A DNA stretch of 64,000 bases from the NCBI RefSeq assembly GCF_022846255.1, contig NZ_AP025682.1; one strand, given 5' to 3'. The notes below the pieces were generated by a model. It was not told where the DNA came from and did no database searches. It saw nothing but the letters and a program-made list of their open reading frames with translations. The position numbers and the translations under genes are program-made. This document shows positions 1 through 14,482 of the stretch, in pieces. Source of the stretch: Escherichia coli. GTDB lineage: Bacteria; Pseudomonadota; Gammaproteobacteria; Enterobacterales; Enterobacteriaceae. Within the stretch, counting starts at the first letter, position 1. Every line of letters starts with the position of its first letter.

Positions 1-775
1 TCACGTAGCAATACTGAATTTCTGCCAGTGCGGGCGTAGTGTGATTTGGATCGGCCACCCAGCCGCGCAGCGTGAGATCGCCGTGTTGCCATTCAATCGC
101 CAGCGCTTGTTCGAGAAAAGCGGTGCCGCAAATCGCGCCTAAACGGCGCTCTTTTTGTCCACCTTCCGGCACTGCACGATACTGGCGTACGATTTTGCCG
201 TTATGCGACAGATTGATAGTGACGTCGAAACGCGCCAGCGCAATGCGGCGGATAATTTCATCGATATGGTTAAATTCGGTTTTCTCAGTGCGCAAGAATT
301 TGCGCCGCGCCGGGGTGTTGTAGAACAGGTCCAGCACCTCCAGCGTCGTTCCCACCGGATGCGCCGCCGGTTTAACCGTCACGTCCATATCGCGCCCTTC
401 GGCATAGGCCTGCCAGGCTTCCTGCTGTTCTGCGGTGCGTGAAGTGAGCGTCAGGCGGGAAACCGAACTGATACTCGCCAGTGCCTCACCGCGAAAGCCC
501 AGGCTGATAATGGCTTCGAGATCGTCCAGAGAGGCGATTTTACTGGTGGCATGACGCGCCAGCGCCAGCGCCAGCTCGTCTTTTTTGATACCGCAGCCGT
601 TATCACGAATGCGGATAAGTTTCGCCCCACCGCGTTCGATATCAATATCGATACGCGTCGCACCTGCATCGAGGCTGTTTTCCACCAGTTCTTTGACTAC
701 CGACGCAGGTCGCTCGACCACCTCACCTGCGGCAATCTGGTTCGCCAGTTGTGGCGGTAAGACCTGAATTGGCAT
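1..775 (-). CDS. mutL: DNA mismatch repair protein MutL, N-terminal ~258 codons (gene continues beyond window start)
   Basis: Minus-strand translation begins [39 protein letters not shown] and runs through [20 protein letters not shown] at the window edge; lies directly downstream of amiB as in K-12. Confidence 0.85.
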   Translation of the reverse strand, partial: MPIQVLPPQLANQIAAGEVVERPASVVKELVENSLDAGATRIDIDIERGGAKLIRIRDNGCGIKKDELALALARHATSKIASLDDLEAIISLGFRGEALASISSVSRLTLTSRTAEQQEAWQAYAEGRDMDVTVKPAAHPVGTTLEVLDLFYNTPARRKFLRTEKTEFNHIDEIIRRIALARFDVTINLSHNGKIVRQYRAVPEGGQKERRLGAICGTAFLEQALAIEWQHGDLTLRGWVADPNHTTPALAEIQYCYV

Positions 776-784
776 CAATCGTCC

Positions 785-2122
785 TTAGTTTGGCAGCGTG
801 CGATCTGGCGTCGTCACCGTACTGGCAGTTTGTGCCGTTGCCCCCTGCGGCGCAGATTGCATCGGATGCGCAAGGAAATAATTGCGCAGGCCTTTATAAA
901 TGGCTTCTGCCAGCTGTTGTTGGTAATCGTCGCTCGCCAGCAAACGTTCTTCGCTGTTGTTACTGATAAAACCGGTTTCGACCAGTACTGACGGAATATC
1001 CGGCGAACGCAGAACGCCGAGACTCGCGTGTTCTGGTCGGCGTTTATGTATTTCGCCAATGCGTTGCAACTGACTGATCATACTGGTCGCTACATCATAC
1101 CCTACCCGCTGGGAATGACCGAACTGTAAATCCAGCACCGCCTGGCTTAAATAGGGGTCGGCCTGACTGTTCGCCAGCACATCACCCGCCCCGCCCAGTA
1201 GCTCCGACTGTTTCTCATGCTGTTCCAGCCAGCTTGCCATCTCGCTGTTTGCACGACGGTTAGAGAGCACCCATACGGAAGCGCCAGTCGCACTGCGGTT
1301 CGGTGCGGCATCAGCGTGAATCGACACGAGGAAATTGGCGTTTTGCTTACGTGCCACATCGCTGCGCCCCATCACCGAGATAAAGTAATCCCCGTCACGG
1401 GTTAAAACGCCTTTAAACATCGGATCGTCATTGAGCAAAGTACGCAATTTACGCGCGATGGCGATGGTGACATTTTTCTCCCGCGTACCACCGGGGCCGA
1501 TAGCGCCAGGATCCTGACCGCCGTGTCCGGCATCAATAGCGATGATAATTTTATCGCCAGTGTTAGCCGTCGCGCGCGCTGCCGGACGCGTTACCGTATT
1601 ACTGCTGATAACACCCGTAGTGCGGTTACTTTCCGTTTTAAACGGATTGCGCGCCGGTTCGCTGACGCGCGGTGCGACAACCGCAGGTGTTTCAACGCGT
1701 TTCGCAACCACGGGCGGCGGAGGAGGCGGTGGCGGCGCATCGGCGTTAATCGTAAAGACGACAGTGTAATTGCTGCCATTCTGCCGCTTCACCGCTTCGG
1801 TTTTACCATTTTCGGTAAGATCGACCACCAGCCGTAGCGTTTGTGCATCTTTAGGCGTTCCAGAGCGAATCGCCTTCACCAGATTATTGCCGCTGAACAA
1901 CAACGGCAGTCCCTGAATCACGCCCGTTTGTTTGATATCGAGCGCCACGGTGCGTTTGCTTTGATGGCTAAACGCATAATCAGGATCGCCAATAAAACTC
2001 AACGTTATCCGCGCCTGTTGGTTGCCGTTAGAAACCTGAATATCAGAGAGCGTCGCGGCACCCACCTGCGCGCACAGCAGCAGCAACGTCGCTACCAACC
2101 AATTTCTGATGCGATACATCAT
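785..2122 (-). CDS. amiB: N-acetylmuramoyl-L-alanine amidase AmiB
   Basis: ORF track 785..2137; product [16 protein letters not shown]... with proline-rich linker and amidase_3 region ([16 protein letters not shown]); start trimmed to the MMYRIRNW methionine. Confidence 0.88.
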   Translation of the reverse strand: MMYRIRNWLVATLLLLCAQVGAATLSDIQVSNGNQQARITLSFIGDPDYAFSHQSKRTVALDIKQTGVIQGLPLLFSGNNLVKAIRSGTPKDAQTLRLVVDLTENGKTEAVKRQNGSNYTVVFTINADAPPPPPPPPVVAKRVETPAVVAPRVSEPARNPFKTESNRTTGVISSNTVTRPAARATANTGDKIIIAIDAGHGGQDPGAIGPGGTREKNVTIAIARKLRTLLNDDPMFKGVLTRDGDYFISVMGRSDVARKQNANFLVSIHADAAPNRSATGASVWVLSNRRANSEMASWLEQHEKQSELLGGAGDVLANSQADPYLSQAVLDLQFGHSQRVGYDVATSMISQLQRIGEIHKRRPEHASLGVLRSPDIPSVLVETGFISNNSEERLLASDDYQQQLAEAIYKGLRNYFLAHPMQSAPQGATAQTASTVTTPDRTLPN

Positions 2123-2140
2123 CCCGCCACCTTTCAAAGG

Positions 2141-4119
<1,979 letters not shown>

Positions 4120-4121
<2 letters not shown>

Positions 4122-5259
4122 GTCAGAGCCCCTCGATCTCAATCAGTTAGCGCAAAAAATTAAACAGTGGGGGCTGGAACTGGGCTTTCAGCAGGTAGGT
4201 ATTACCGATACCGATCTCAGCGAGTCCGAGCCCAAACTGCAAGCATGGCTGGACAAACAATACCACGGCGAAATGGACTGGATGGCGCGTCACGGTATGC
4301 TGCGCGCCCGCCCCCATGAGTTATTGCCTGGTACGCTGCGCGTGATCAGCGTGCGGATGAATTACCTTCCTGCTAACGCCGCATTTGCCAGCACGCTGAA
4401 AAACCCCAAACTCGGCTATGTTAGCCGTTATGCGCTGGGCCGTGACTATCACAAACTTCTGCGCAACCGACTCAAAAAGCTGGGCGAGATGATTCAGCAA
4501 CATTGTGTTTCGCTGAATTTTAGACCGTTTGTCGATTCTGCGCCTATTCTTGAGCGCCCGTTAGCTGAAAAAGCTGGGCTCGGCTGGACAGGTAAGCACT
4601 CACTTATCCTCAATCGCGAGGCCGGCTCGTTCTTCTTTTTAGGCGAATTGCTGGTCGATATTCCGCTACCCGTGGATCAACCAGTCGAGGAAGGATGCGG
4701 TAAATGCGTGGCCTGTATGACGATTTGCCCGACCGGTGCCATCGTCGAGCCATATACCGTCGATGCTCGCCGCTGTATCTCTTATCTCACCATCGAACTG
4801 GAAGGGGCGATCCCGGAAGAGTTGCGACCGTTAATGGGAAATCGTATTTATGGTTGCGATGACTGCCAGCTTATCTGCCCGTGGAATCGCTATTCGCAAC
4901 TCACTACAGAAGACGATTTCAGCCCGCGTAAGCCGCTACACGCACCGGAACTCATTGAGTTATTCGCCTGGAGCGAAGAGAAGTTTTTAAAAGTCACGGA
5001 AGGATCGGCGATTCGCCGTATAGGTCACCTGCGTTGGCTGCGTAATATTGCCGTAGCCTTAGGCAATGCGCCCTGGGATGAAACGATTCTGGCGGCGCTG
5101 GAGAGTCGTAAAGGTGAGCACCCACTTCTTGATGAGCACATAGCGTGGGCGATTGCGCAGCAAATCGAGAGACGAAATGCGTGCATAGTCGAAGTGCAAT
5201 TGCCGAAAAAACAGCGTCTGGTTCGGGTGATTGAAAAAGGGTTACCGCGTGACGCCTGA
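4120..5259 (+). CDS. queG: epoxyqueuosine reductase QueG (YjeS), 4Fe-4S protein
   Basis: ORF track 4012..5259; product from MSEPLDLNQLAQKIKQWGLELGF..., Cys-rich ferredoxin-like motifs (CGKCVACMTICPTGA, CDDCQLICPWN). Confidence 0.82.
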
Positions 5260-5528
5260 TTCATCCACAGCTTGTGAATAAAAATAAAAACGCATTGCAA
5301 TTCAAGACGAATAAAATCGTCAAGTGATCGACTCGACAAAACGGAATCTTAATTTTTAACTTATCTATCAATAGGTTAAAAAAATACCATTCACCGTGCG
5401 AAGTTTCTTTGAAATTAAGATTACGGCCTGAGGCTGTGGATAACTCTGTTTACAAGAGTTTGTCAGAGACAACAAAAACCAGCAATAACGCATCGCGTCG
5501 CTGTGGATATTTTATTGAGAGAAGAATT

Positions 5529-5604
<76 letters not shown>

Positions 5605-5639
5605 TTGGGTGGTCTGTGCTTTACAGCACTTTCAAATTT

Positions 5640-5715
<76 letters not shown>

Positions 5716-5872
5716 TTAATCTTCGTCTTTCGAACCGCTACTGCCTTGGCTGCCTTCACTCACCTTAGTCACTTACTTTTGTAAGCTCCCAAGGATTCGT
5801 TCAGTTGCCGCCTTGTCGCAATTCGAAATACTGCGATTGGGTGGTCTGTGCTTTGCAGCACTTTTCAAATTT

Positions 5873-5948
<76 letters not shown>

Positions 5949-6158
5949 GTACTACTTAATTTTGCTTTCGTAATTTTCGCATTTCTGCGTCGTTACGGGA
6001 GGCGCATTATACGAGAAATCTTTCCCTCTGCAACCCCCCTAAAAAATTTTTTTTGAGTTTTTATCTCAAGTGCTGAAATTATCAGCAAGACGTTCAATTT
6101 AGCGTCAAAATCACGCCGCCGCAAGTGGATTCCGGCGCTTACGTGACCAGGAAAAAAT

Positions 6159-6704
6159 TTACAGCTTGATAAAATGCTCGCGGTAGTAAGCCAGCTCCGC
6201 CACCGATTCACGAATATCATCCATCGCCTGATGCGTCCCCTGCTTGGTAAAACCATCAAGAATTTCCGGCTTCCAGCGGCGCGCCAGCTCTTTCAGGGTG
6301 CTGACATCAAGATAACGGTAGTGGAAGTACGCTTCCAGTTCCGGCATGTATTTAAACAGGAAGCGACGATCCTGGCCGATGCTGTTACCGCAAATCGGCG
6401 ATTTACCCGCAGGCACCCACTGTTTTAAAAATTCGAGCGTTGCCAGTTCAGCTTCCCGATCGCCCATCGTGCTCGCTTTCACGCGCTCCACCAGCCCGCT
6501 CGCGGTATGGGTGCGCACGTTCCAGTCATCCATCAGCGCCAGCTGTTCATCGGACTGATGTACTGCAATGGTCGGCCCTTCTGCCAGAATATTCAGGTTG
6601 GCATCGGTCACCAGCGTGGCAATCTCAATAATGCGATCGCGCTCGGGATCCAGACCGGTCATCTCAAGATCGATCCAAATCAGGTTGTTTTCATTGGCAC
6701 TCAT
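6159..6704 (-). CDS. orn: oligoribonuclease Orn (DEDDh 3'-5' exonuclease)
   Basis: ORF track 6159..6848; product from [34 protein letters not shown]... (181 aa); upstream extension not coding. Confidence 0.88.
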
Positions 6705-6798
6705 GCTATTTTCCACCCATTCACAGTGACTATATTGATCCACAATTGCGTGTATCATAGATGTTTTGCCCATCAGGGGCGACCAGGAGTCTGTACGA

Positions 6799-7851
6799 TT
6801 GAGTAAAAATAAACTCTCCAAAGGCCAGCAGCGCCGCGTGAACGCCAATCACCAGCGTCGTCTTAAAACGTCTAAGGAGAAGCCCGACTACGACGACAAT
6901 CTGTTTGGCGAGCCTGATGAAGGTATCGTCATCAGCCGCTTTGGTATGCACGCTGATGTGGAATCCGCCGATGGCGACGTTCACCGCTGCAATATTCGCC
7001 GTACCATCCGTTCGCTGGTGACCGGCGACCGCGTAGTCTGGCGTCCGGGTAAACCGGCGGCGGAAGGCGTAAATGTCAAAGGGATCGTGGAAGCGGTGCA
7101 TGAGCGCACCTCGGTGTTGACGCGCCCGGACTTCTACGACGGCGTGAAACCTATTGCCGCCAACATCGACCAGATTGTTATTGTCTCCGCCATTTTGCCG
7201 GAGCTGTCGCTCAATATTATCGACCGTTACCTGGTGGCCTGCGAAACCTTGCTGATTGAGCCGATTATTGTGCTCAACAAGATAGACCTGCTGGACGACG
7301 AAGGCATAGAGTTCGTCAACGAACAGATGGATATCTACCGCAACATTGGTTATCGCGTATTGATGGTTTCCAGCCATACTCAGGATGGGCTGAAACCGCT
7401 GGAAGAGGCGTTGACCGGACGTATCAGCATTTTTGCCGGCCAGTCTGGCGTTGGCAAATCCAGCCTGCTTAACGCGTTGCTGGGGCTGCAAAAAGAGATC
7501 CTGACCAACGATGTCTCTGACAACTCGGGTCTCGGTCAGCACACCACGACCGCCGCTCGGCTGTATCACTTCCCGCACGGTGGTGATGTGATTGACTCCC
7601 CAGGAGTGCGTGAGTTCGGCCTCTGGCACCTGGAGCCGGAACAAATCACTCAGGGCTTTGTCGAATTCCATGACTACTTAGGTCTGTGTAAATATCGCGA
7701 TTGCAAACACGATACCGATCCGGGCTGCGCTATCCGGGAAGCGGTTGAGGAAGGAAAAATCGCGGAAACCCGTTTCGAAAACTATCACCGTATTCTGGAA
7801 AGCATGGCGCAGGTAAAAACGCGTAAAAACTTTTCTGATACGGATGACTGA
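6799..7851 (+). CDS. rsgA: ribosome small-subunit biogenesis GTPase RsgA (YjeQ)
   Basis: ORF track 6766..7851; G-motifs [15 protein letters not shown]-terminal Zn-finger cysteines ([14 protein letters not shown]); probable TTG start giving a 350-aa product. Confidence 0.82.
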
Positions 7852-7947
7852 CAATTAAGCTAACCGTCGTTAGAATCGTCCCCTTTTTTTCAGGATCCGG
7901 CATGTAGGCCGGATCAGGAACGACAAAACAATGGCCTGGAGGCTACC

Positions 7948-8916
7948 TTGTTAAATTCATTTAAACTTTCGCTACAGTACATTCTGCCGAAACTATGGCT
8001 TACTCGCCTGGCGGGTTGGGGCGCAAGCAAGCGGGCAGGATGGCTGACAAAACTGGTTATCGATCTGTTCGTTAAATACTACAAGGTCGACATGAAAGAG
8101 GCGCAAAAGCCGGATACCGCCAGCTACCGCACCTTTAACGAATTCTTTGTCCGTCCGCTGCGTGACGAAGTACGCCCAATCGATACCGATCCGAATGTCC
8201 TGGTTATGCCTGCCGATGGCGTTATCAGCCAGTTGGGTAAAATCGAAGAAGATAAAATCCTGCAAGCCAAAGGCCACAACTACAGCCTCGAAGCCCTGCT
8301 GGCAGGCAACTATCTGATGGCGGACCTGTTCCGCAACGGTACGTTTGTGACCACTTACCTCTCCCCGCGTGACTACCACCGCGTACACATGCCGTGCAAC
8401 GGTATTCTGCGTGAGATGATCTACGTGCCAGGCGATCTCTTCTCCGTTAACCATCTCACCGCTCAGAACGTGCCGAATCTGTTTGCCCGTAACGAACGCG
8501 TGATCTGCCTGTTCGATACCGAATTTGGCCCAATGGCGCAGATTCTGGTCGGGGCGACGATTGTTGGCAGCATTGAGACGGTCTGGGCGGGCACCATTAC
8601 GCCGCCGCGCGAAGGTATCATCAAGCGCTGGACCTGGCCTGCCGGGGAAAACGACGGTTCTGTGGCACTGCTGAAAGGCCAGGAAATGGGTCGCTTTAAA
8701 CTCGGTTCCACCGTTATCAACCTGTTTGCACCGGGTAAAGTGAATCTGGTTGAGCAACTGGAAAGCCTGTCTGTCACGAAAATTGGCCAGCCGCTGGCAG
8801 TATCTACCGAAACCTTTGTTACGCCAGACGCTGAACCCGCCCCGCTTCCTGCTGAAGAGATCGAAGCAGAACACGACGCCAGCCCATTGGTTGACGACAA
8901 AAAAGACCAGGTCTAA
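7948..8916 (+). CDS. psd: phosphatidylserine decarboxylase proenzyme
   Basis: 322-aa [30 protein letters not shown]...; LGST cleavage motif present ([11 protein letters not shown]). Confidence 0.9.
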
Positions 8917-8937
8917 TCCATCAAAGGAAACGCTGAC

Positions 8938-11900
8938 GTGCGCCTGATTATCACTTTTCTGATGGCCTGGTGCCTCAGTTGGGGGGCGTACGCCGCGACG
9001 GCCCCCGATAGCAAACAAATCTCACAAGAACTGGAGCAGGCAAAAGCGGCGAAACCCGCGCAACCGGAAGTCGTAGAGGCGCTCCAGTCTGCCTTAAATG
9101 CGCTTGAGGAACGGAAAGGTTCCCTTGAGCGCATCAAGCAATATCAAGAAGTCATTGATAATTATCCGAAACTCTCCGCTACTCTGCGCGCGCAATTAAA
9201 CAACATGCGTGACGAGCCGCGCAGCGTGTCACCGGGAATGTCTACCGACGCGCTGAATCAGGAAATTCTCCAGGTCAGCAGCCAGTTGCTGGATAAAAGC
9301 CGTCAGGCCCAGCAAGAGCAGGAACGCGCCCGCGAGATTGCCGATTCGCTGAATCAACTGCCGCAACAGCAAACCGATGCCCGCCGTCAGTTAAATGAAA
9401 TCGAGCGCCGCCTGGGGACGCTTACCGGCAATTCCCCGCTCAATCAGGCACAAAATTTCGCGTTGCAGTCTGACTCTGCACGTCTTAAGGCGCTCGTTGA
9501 TGAACTGGAGCTGGCACAGCTGTCTGCCAATAACCGCCAGGAATTAGCGCGTTTACGCTCAGAGCTGGCGGAAAAAGAGAGCCAGCAGCTGGATGCGTAT
9601 TTGCAGGCCTTACGTAATCAGTTGAACAGCCAACGCCAGCTTGAGGCGGAGCGGGCGCTGGAAAGTACCGAATTGTTGGCAGAAAACAGCGCCGATTTGC
9701 CGAAAGATATCGTCGCGCAATTCAAAATTAACCGCGAACTATCGGCGGCTTTGAATCAACAGGCGCAGCGGATGGATCTCGTTGCCTCGCAACAGCGTCA
9801 GGCTGCCAGCCAGACGTTACAGGTCCGGCAGGCGTTGAATACGCTGCGTGAACAGTCGCAATGGCTGGGCTCGTCCAACCTGCTCGGCGAAGCGTTGCGG
9901 GCGCAGGTGGCACGGCTACCGGAAATGCCAAAACCACAACAGCTTGATACCGAAATGGCGCAGTTGCGTGTGCAACGGTTACGTTATGAGGATCTGCTTA
10001 ATAAACAGCCGCAGCTACGGCAAATTCATCAGGCCGACGGTCAGCCGCTGACCGCCGAGCAAAACCGTATTCTGGAAGCACAGCTACGCACTCAGCGTGA
10101 GTTGCTGAACTCATTGTTGCAGGGTGGCGACACGCTACTACTGGAACTGACCAAGCTGAAAGTCTCCAACGGGCAACTGGAGGATGCGCTGAAAGAGGTG
10201 AATGAAGCGACGCACCGCTATCTGTTCTGGACCTCTGACGTGCGCCCGATGACCATCGCCTGGCCGCTGGAAATCGCCCAGGATCTGCGTCGTCTCATTT
10301 CGCTGGACACCTTCAGTCAGTTGGGCAAAGCCAGTGTGATGATGCTGACCAGTAAAGAGACAATTTTACCGCTGTTTGGCGCGTTGATTCTGGTCGGTTG
10401 CAGTATTTACTCACGCCGCTATTTCACCCGTTTTCTTGAACGTTCGGCGGCGAAAGTCGGCAAAGTGACTCAGGATCACTTCTGGCTGACGTTACGCACT
10501 CTTTTCTGGTCGATTCTCGTCGCGTCACCGCTACCGGTGCTGTGGATGACGCTAGGTTACGGCTTGCGCGAGGCGTGGCCTTATCCGCTGGCGGTCGCGA
10601 TTGGTGATGGCGTAACGGCCACAGTGCCGCTGCTGTGGGTAGTGATGATTTGCGCCACCTTTGCCCGCCCGAACGGCTTGTTTATCGCTCATTTTGGCTG
10701 GCCGCGCGAACGGGTTTCCCGTGGGATGCGCTACTACCTGATGAGCATCGGGCTTATTGTGCCACTGATTATGGCGCTGATGATGTTCGATAACCTCGAC
10801 GACCGCGAATTTTCCGGTTCGCTGGGACGGCTTTGCTTTATCCTCATTTGCGGTGCGCTGGCGGTGGTCACTCTCAGCCTGAAAAAGGCCGGGATCCCGC
10901 TGTATCTCAACAAAGAAGGCAGCGGCGACAACATTACCAACCATATGCTGTGGAACATGATGATTGGTGCACCGCTGGTCGCTATTCTGGCGTCGGCGGT
11001 GGGTTATCTGGCAACGGCGCAGGCGCTGTTAGCGAGGCTTGAAACCTCGGTTGCCATTTGGTTCCTGCTACTGGTGGTTTATCACGTTATCCGCCGCTGG
11101 ATGCTGATCCAGCGCCGCAGACTGGCGTTTGACCGGGCGAAGCATCGCCGGGCAGAGATGTTAGCGCAACGTGCACGTGGCGAAGAGGAAGCGCATCATC
11201 ACAGTAGCCCGGAAGGGGCAATTGAAGTCGATGAAAGTGAAGTCGATCTCGATGCCATCAGTGCGCAATCCTTGCGGCTGGTGCGCTCAATTTTGATGTT
11301 GATCGCCCTGCTTTCGGTCATTGTGCTGTGGTCAGAAATCCATTCCGCTTTCGGCTTCCTTGAAAATATTTCGCTGTGGGATGTCACTTCCACGGTACAG
11401 GGAGTGGAAAGTCTGGAACCGATTACCCTCGGTGCGGTGCTGATTGCCATTCTGGTGTTTATCATCACCACGCAGCTGGTGCGCAACCTGCCCGCGCTGC
11501 TGGAACTGGCGATTTTGCAGCACCTGGATTTAACGCCGGGTACGGGCTACGCCATCACCACCATAACCAAATATCTGCTGATGCTGATTGGCGGGCTGGT
11601 CGGCTTCTCGATGATTGGTATTGAGTGGTCGAAATTGCAGTGGCTGGTTGCCGCGCTCGGTGTTGGTCTCGGTTTTGGTCTGCAGGAAATTTTCGCCAAC
11701 TTTATCTCTGGCCTGATCATCCTGTTCGAAAAACCGATTCGCATTGGCGATACGGTAACGATCCGCGATCTTACTGGTAGCGTGACGAAAATTAACACCC
11801 GCGCCACCACCATCAGCGACTGGGACCGTAAAGAGATAATCGTGCCGAACAAGGCGTTTATTACCGAGCAGTTTATCAACTGGTCGCTCTCTGACTCGGT

Positions 11901-12261
11901 CACGCGCGTGGTGTTGACGATTCCGGCCCCTGCCGATGCCAACAGTGAAGAAGTGACGGAAATCCTGCTCACCGCAGCGCGTCGCTGCTCGCTGGTGATC
12001 GACAACCCAGCACCGGAAGTCTTCCTGGTGGATCTACAACAGGGGATTCAGATTTTCGAGCTGCGTATTTACGCCGCTGAGATGGGTCACCGTATGCCGC
12101 TACGCCACGAGATCCACCAGCTAATTCTGGCAGGTTTCCATGCCCACGGTATCGATATGCCATTCCCGCCCTTCCAGATGCGTCTGGAAAGCCTGAATGG
12201 TAAACAAACGGGGAGAACATTAACTTCTGCGGGCAAAGGTCGTCAGGCGGGAAGTTTGTAA
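8938..12261 (+). CDS. mscM: miniconductance mechanosensitive channel MscM (YjeP), MscS/MscK family
   Basis: 1107-aa ORF with GTG start; N-terminal signal peptide, long Q/L-rich coiled-coil periplasmic region, multi-TM region and C-terminal MscS-like domain. Confidence 0.85.
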   Translation: MRLIITFLMAWCLSWGAYAATAPDSKQISQELEQAKAAKPAQPEVVEALQSALNALEERKGSLERIKQYQEVIDNYPKLSATLRAQLNNMRDEPRSVSPGMSTDALNQEILQVSSQLLDKSRQAQQEQERAREIADSLNQLPQQQTDARRQLNEIERRLGTLTGNSPLNQAQNFALQSDSARLKALVDELELAQLSANNRQELARLRSELAEKESQQLDAYLQALRNQLNSQRQLEAERALESTELLAENSADLPKDIVAQFKINRELSAALNQQAQRMDLVASQQRQAASQTLQVRQALNTLREQSQWLGSSNLLGEALRAQVARLPEMPKPQQLDTEMAQLRVQRLRYEDLLNKQPQLRQIHQADGQPLTAEQNRILEAQLRTQRELLNSLLQGGDTLLLELTKLKVSNGQLEDALKEVNEATHRYLFWTSDVRPMTIAWPLEIAQDLRRLISLDTFSQLGKASVMMLTSKETILPLFGALILVGCSIYSRRYFTRFLERSAAKVGKVTQDHFWLTLRTLFWSILVASPLPVLWMTLGYGLREAWPYPLAVAIGDGVTATVPLLWVVMICATFARPNGLFIAHFGWPRERVSRGMRYYLMSIGLIVPLIMALMMFDNLDDREFSGSLGRLCFILICGALAVVTLSLKKAGIPLYLNKEGSGDNITNHMLWNMMIGAPLVAILASAVGYLATAQALLARLETSVAIWFLLLVVYHVIRRWMLIQRRRLAFDRAKHRRAEMLAQRARGEEEAHHHSSPEGAIEVDESEVDLDAISAQSLRLVRSILMLIALLSVIVLWSEIHSAFGFLENISLWDVTSTVQGVESLEPITLGAVLIAILVFIITTQLVRNLPALLELAILQHLDLTPGTGYAITTITKYLLMLIGGLVGFSMIGIEWSKLQWLVAALGVGLGFGLQEIFANFISGLIILFEKPIRIGDTVTIRDLTGSVTKINTRATTISDWDRKEIIVPNKAFITEQFINWSLSDSVTRVVLTIPAPADANSEEVTEILLTAARRCSLVIDNPAPEVFLVDLQQGIQIFELRIYAAEMGHRMPLRHEIHQLILAGFHAHGIDMPFPPFQMRLESLNGKQTGRTLTSAGKGRQAGSL

Positions 12262-12291
12262 GGTCTTTGTGGCCGGATGAACCCATCCGGC

Positions 12292-12606
12292 TTATAAGCA
12301 AAACTGATAGCGCAGAAAAAACTGCCACAGCCAGTAGCCGAAAATAGCCAGCGCGGTGGCGTACATAAACCAGCCGCGTTTTTTTCGCCACAAAGCGAAC
12401 CAGAGAAAAGGGAAAAAGAGCGGTAACGTCATTATCACACCGACATCACGGGTATCGTCATTTTCCAGATACTCCAGCACATGGCAGATATTTTTAACCC
12501 CACCTTCATCAATCATCCACTCTTTATCCAGCGTGGAAGTGATGGTTATCCAGAGGAACGCCACAATAAACCAGATGCAGCATAAGACAAACATGCGCGC
12601 ACTCAT
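12292..12606 (-). CDS. yjeO: inner membrane protein YjeO
   Basis: 104-aa ORF with predicted TM helices; position between mscM and yjeN matches K-12. Confidence 0.7.
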   Translation of the reverse strand: MSARMFVLCCIWFIVAFLWITITSTLDKEWMIDEGGVKNICHVLEYLENDDTRDVGVIMTLPLFFPFLWFALWRKKRGWFMYATALAIFGYWLWQFFLRYQFCL

Positions 12607-12938
12607 AAGATAACCCGTAGTTTAATTTCGCTATAGCGCATACGAAACAAATCGCCGTATCCCACTAATTCTCCGCGAAAAACCAGACATCTAATAAGAT
12701 AAGCGCAATAGATATCCGGCAGGTTTCCCCACCGCGGACCATCGCGCTCTTTGAGGGTATTAATAGTGTTACCCACCACCATCGCTACTTTGCGGGTGTG
12801 GCGGGTATCGACAAAAGAGAGGACCGTTTGCTCTATTTCCGCCACATCCCCGGCAGAAAATTGCAGCTCCCTGATTTCATCTTCGGTTATCACTGGATCC
12901 CGACTAGCGTCGTCCATAACGTCTTCCTTTCCAGACAA
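12603..12938 (-). CDS. yjeN: uncharacterized protein YjeN
   Basis: 111-aa ORF overlapping yjeO start by 4 bp (ATGA); conserved position. Confidence 0.6.
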   Translation of the reverse strand: MSGKEDVMDDASRDPVITEDEIRELQFSAGDVAEIEQTVLSFVDTRHTRKVAMVVGNTINTLKERDGPRWGNLPDIYCAYLIRCLVFRGELVGYGDLFRMRYSEIKLRVIL

Positions 12939-12979
12939 CTCATCGCCGGAGAGACGATGAGTTGCAGGATTTCATATGA

Positions 12980-14482
12980 TCAGTCGAGAGCTAACTCAGG
13001 TTTGTTCGCCATGCGACTGCAATAGTTCTGGTAAATCGCCATCGCTAACAGCGAGAAGAAGACAGGGCCGCCAATCATCCACAATGTGCTGTCCCAGTCT
13101 CCAGCTTCAACCACAGGTTGAATGATGGTGAAGACGTTCGCAAATGTCACCACCAGTACGACAACCACTGTTGCAATCATTGCCGACATATGCGTTTTGA
13201 AAATCACAAACGGTCTGTCGAGATCCTGACGTGCTTTAAAAAATGGGAAAGCCAGCGCGAGGAACAGGTAAGGAAGCGTCATAGACACGTTCGCCATCAG
13301 CGTCAGCTTGTTAAAGAACGCCGATGCGGTACCGCCACCAAACGAAACCAGCAGGATGAAGACAGTAACCAACCCACACTGCATCCACATGGCGATAGAC
13401 GGCATCCCCATCGCATTCAGGCGCGTCATCGGTTCCGGCCACAATGCTTTCGGCGTCCCCTGGATGATGGCTTTCAGCGGTGAATAGCAAAGTGTAAAGA
13501 ACGCACCGGTATAAGCGAGGAACATCGACAGTCCGGTAATACGCGCAAACCATACGCCCAGCGACAATGACGCTTCAGGTGACAAATGCAGTGCGTTACC
13601 CAGCGTCACCCCGAGGCTCTTCATCAGCACATAGGTAATATTGCCGAGGTTAACGGAACCATTACTTAATACCTGCTGCCAGTTTGTGCTGACGCCCCAT
13701 AAAAATATTGCCAGCGAATAACCGATTGAAATAACAATAGCGGCAAAAACAATACCTTTGGCAAAGTTCTTTTCTGGATTTTCCGTTTTATCAACCAGAC
13801 CACCAACCGCTTCAATTCCGCCATAGGCAAAAATGGCAAATACCACAAACGATAGCATTGCCAGACCGGACTGATAACCTGGGTTCGGTGATGCAAGGAA
13901 ATTAATATCCTGCGCGAAATGCCCACCATTTAATAACAAAATAGTAATGCTTACTAACAGCAATACTAAATTCAGACACATTACTGCAATACCGCCCACC
14001 GCAGTAATGCGGGCAATTTTATTAATCCCTTTTGAAGCAACGACGGTGACCAGAATCATCCATGCCACTGCCAGCAGACCAACCACCTGCGTAGGCTCCA
14101 GTCCGGCAATATGCCAGTGCTGGGTCATGTCGCTACCATAGAGGAATGTTGAGAACGGTACCCAAACTTTCGCGGAGGTACTCACCATCCAGATGATATA
14201 AGAGGAAAACCACATAAACGTACCAATGAAGGCAAAACGTGGTCCGACACTATTATTCATCCAGGAATAGATACCGCCTTCTTCTTTGCGATAAGCAGCT
14301 CCCATTTCAGCCATCATTAAGGCGAATGGAATAAAGAATAACAATGCAGAAAATATATAAAAGGGAATCGCACTATAACCCATTAAGTAATAAGCCGATG
14401 GGCTATTGGCAAATCCAAATACGGAAGTAAAGATCATCAATATGAGTCCTATCAGACTCATCTTTTTTATCGAGTGAGGCAT
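12980..14482 (-). CDS. yjeM: APC-superfamily amino acid transporter YjeM
   Basis: ORF track 12980..14524; polytopic membrane protein; start chosen at MPHSIKKMSLIGLI (500 aa). Confidence 0.78.
   Translation of the reverse strand: MPHSIKKMSLIGLILMIFTSVFGFANSPSAYYLMGYSAIPFYIFSALLFFIPFALMMAEMGAAYRKEEGGIYSWMNNSVGPRFAFIGTFMWFSSYIIWMVSTSAKVWVPFSTFLYGSDMTQHWHIAGLEPTQVVGLLAVAWMILVTVVASKGINKIARITAVGGIAVMCLNLVLLLVSITILLLNGGHFAQDINFLASPNPGYQSGLAMLSFVVFAIFAYGGIEAVGGLVDKTENPEKNFAKGIVFAAIVISIGYSLAIFLWGVSTNWQQVLSNGSVNLGNITYVLMKSLGVTLGNALHLSPEASLSLGVWFARITGLSMFLAYTGAFFTLCYSPLKAIIQGTPKALWPEPMTRLNAMGMPSIAMWMQCGLVTVFILLVSFGGGTASAFFNKLTLMANVSMTLPYLFLALAFPFFKARQDLDRPFVIFKTHMSAMIATVVVVLVVTFANVFTIIQPVVEAGDWDSTLWMIGGPVFFSLLAMAIYQNYCSRMANKPELALD

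Noticed and set aside
1660-1760. Poly-proline/poly-glycine stretch as a suspicious low-complexity repeat
   Set aside because: It is the native proline-rich linker of AmiB ([14 protein letters not shown]) read in frame; the poly-Gly is only in a shadow frame.
6730-7671. 313-aa minus-strand ORF antisense to rsgA
   Set aside because: Shadow ORF of rsgA; no motifs, overlaps the orn start.
7852-7947. GC-rich palindrome (GATCCGGC...GCCGGATC) after rsgA as a possible novel element
   Set aside because: Looks like an ordinary REP-type intergenic hairpin/terminator common in E. coli.
7993-9018. 341-aa minus-strand ORF antisense to psd and mscM
   Set aside because: Entirely overlapped by two well-supported genes on the other strand; Arg/Gly-rich low-complexity translation typical of a shadow ORF in GC-rich coding DNA.
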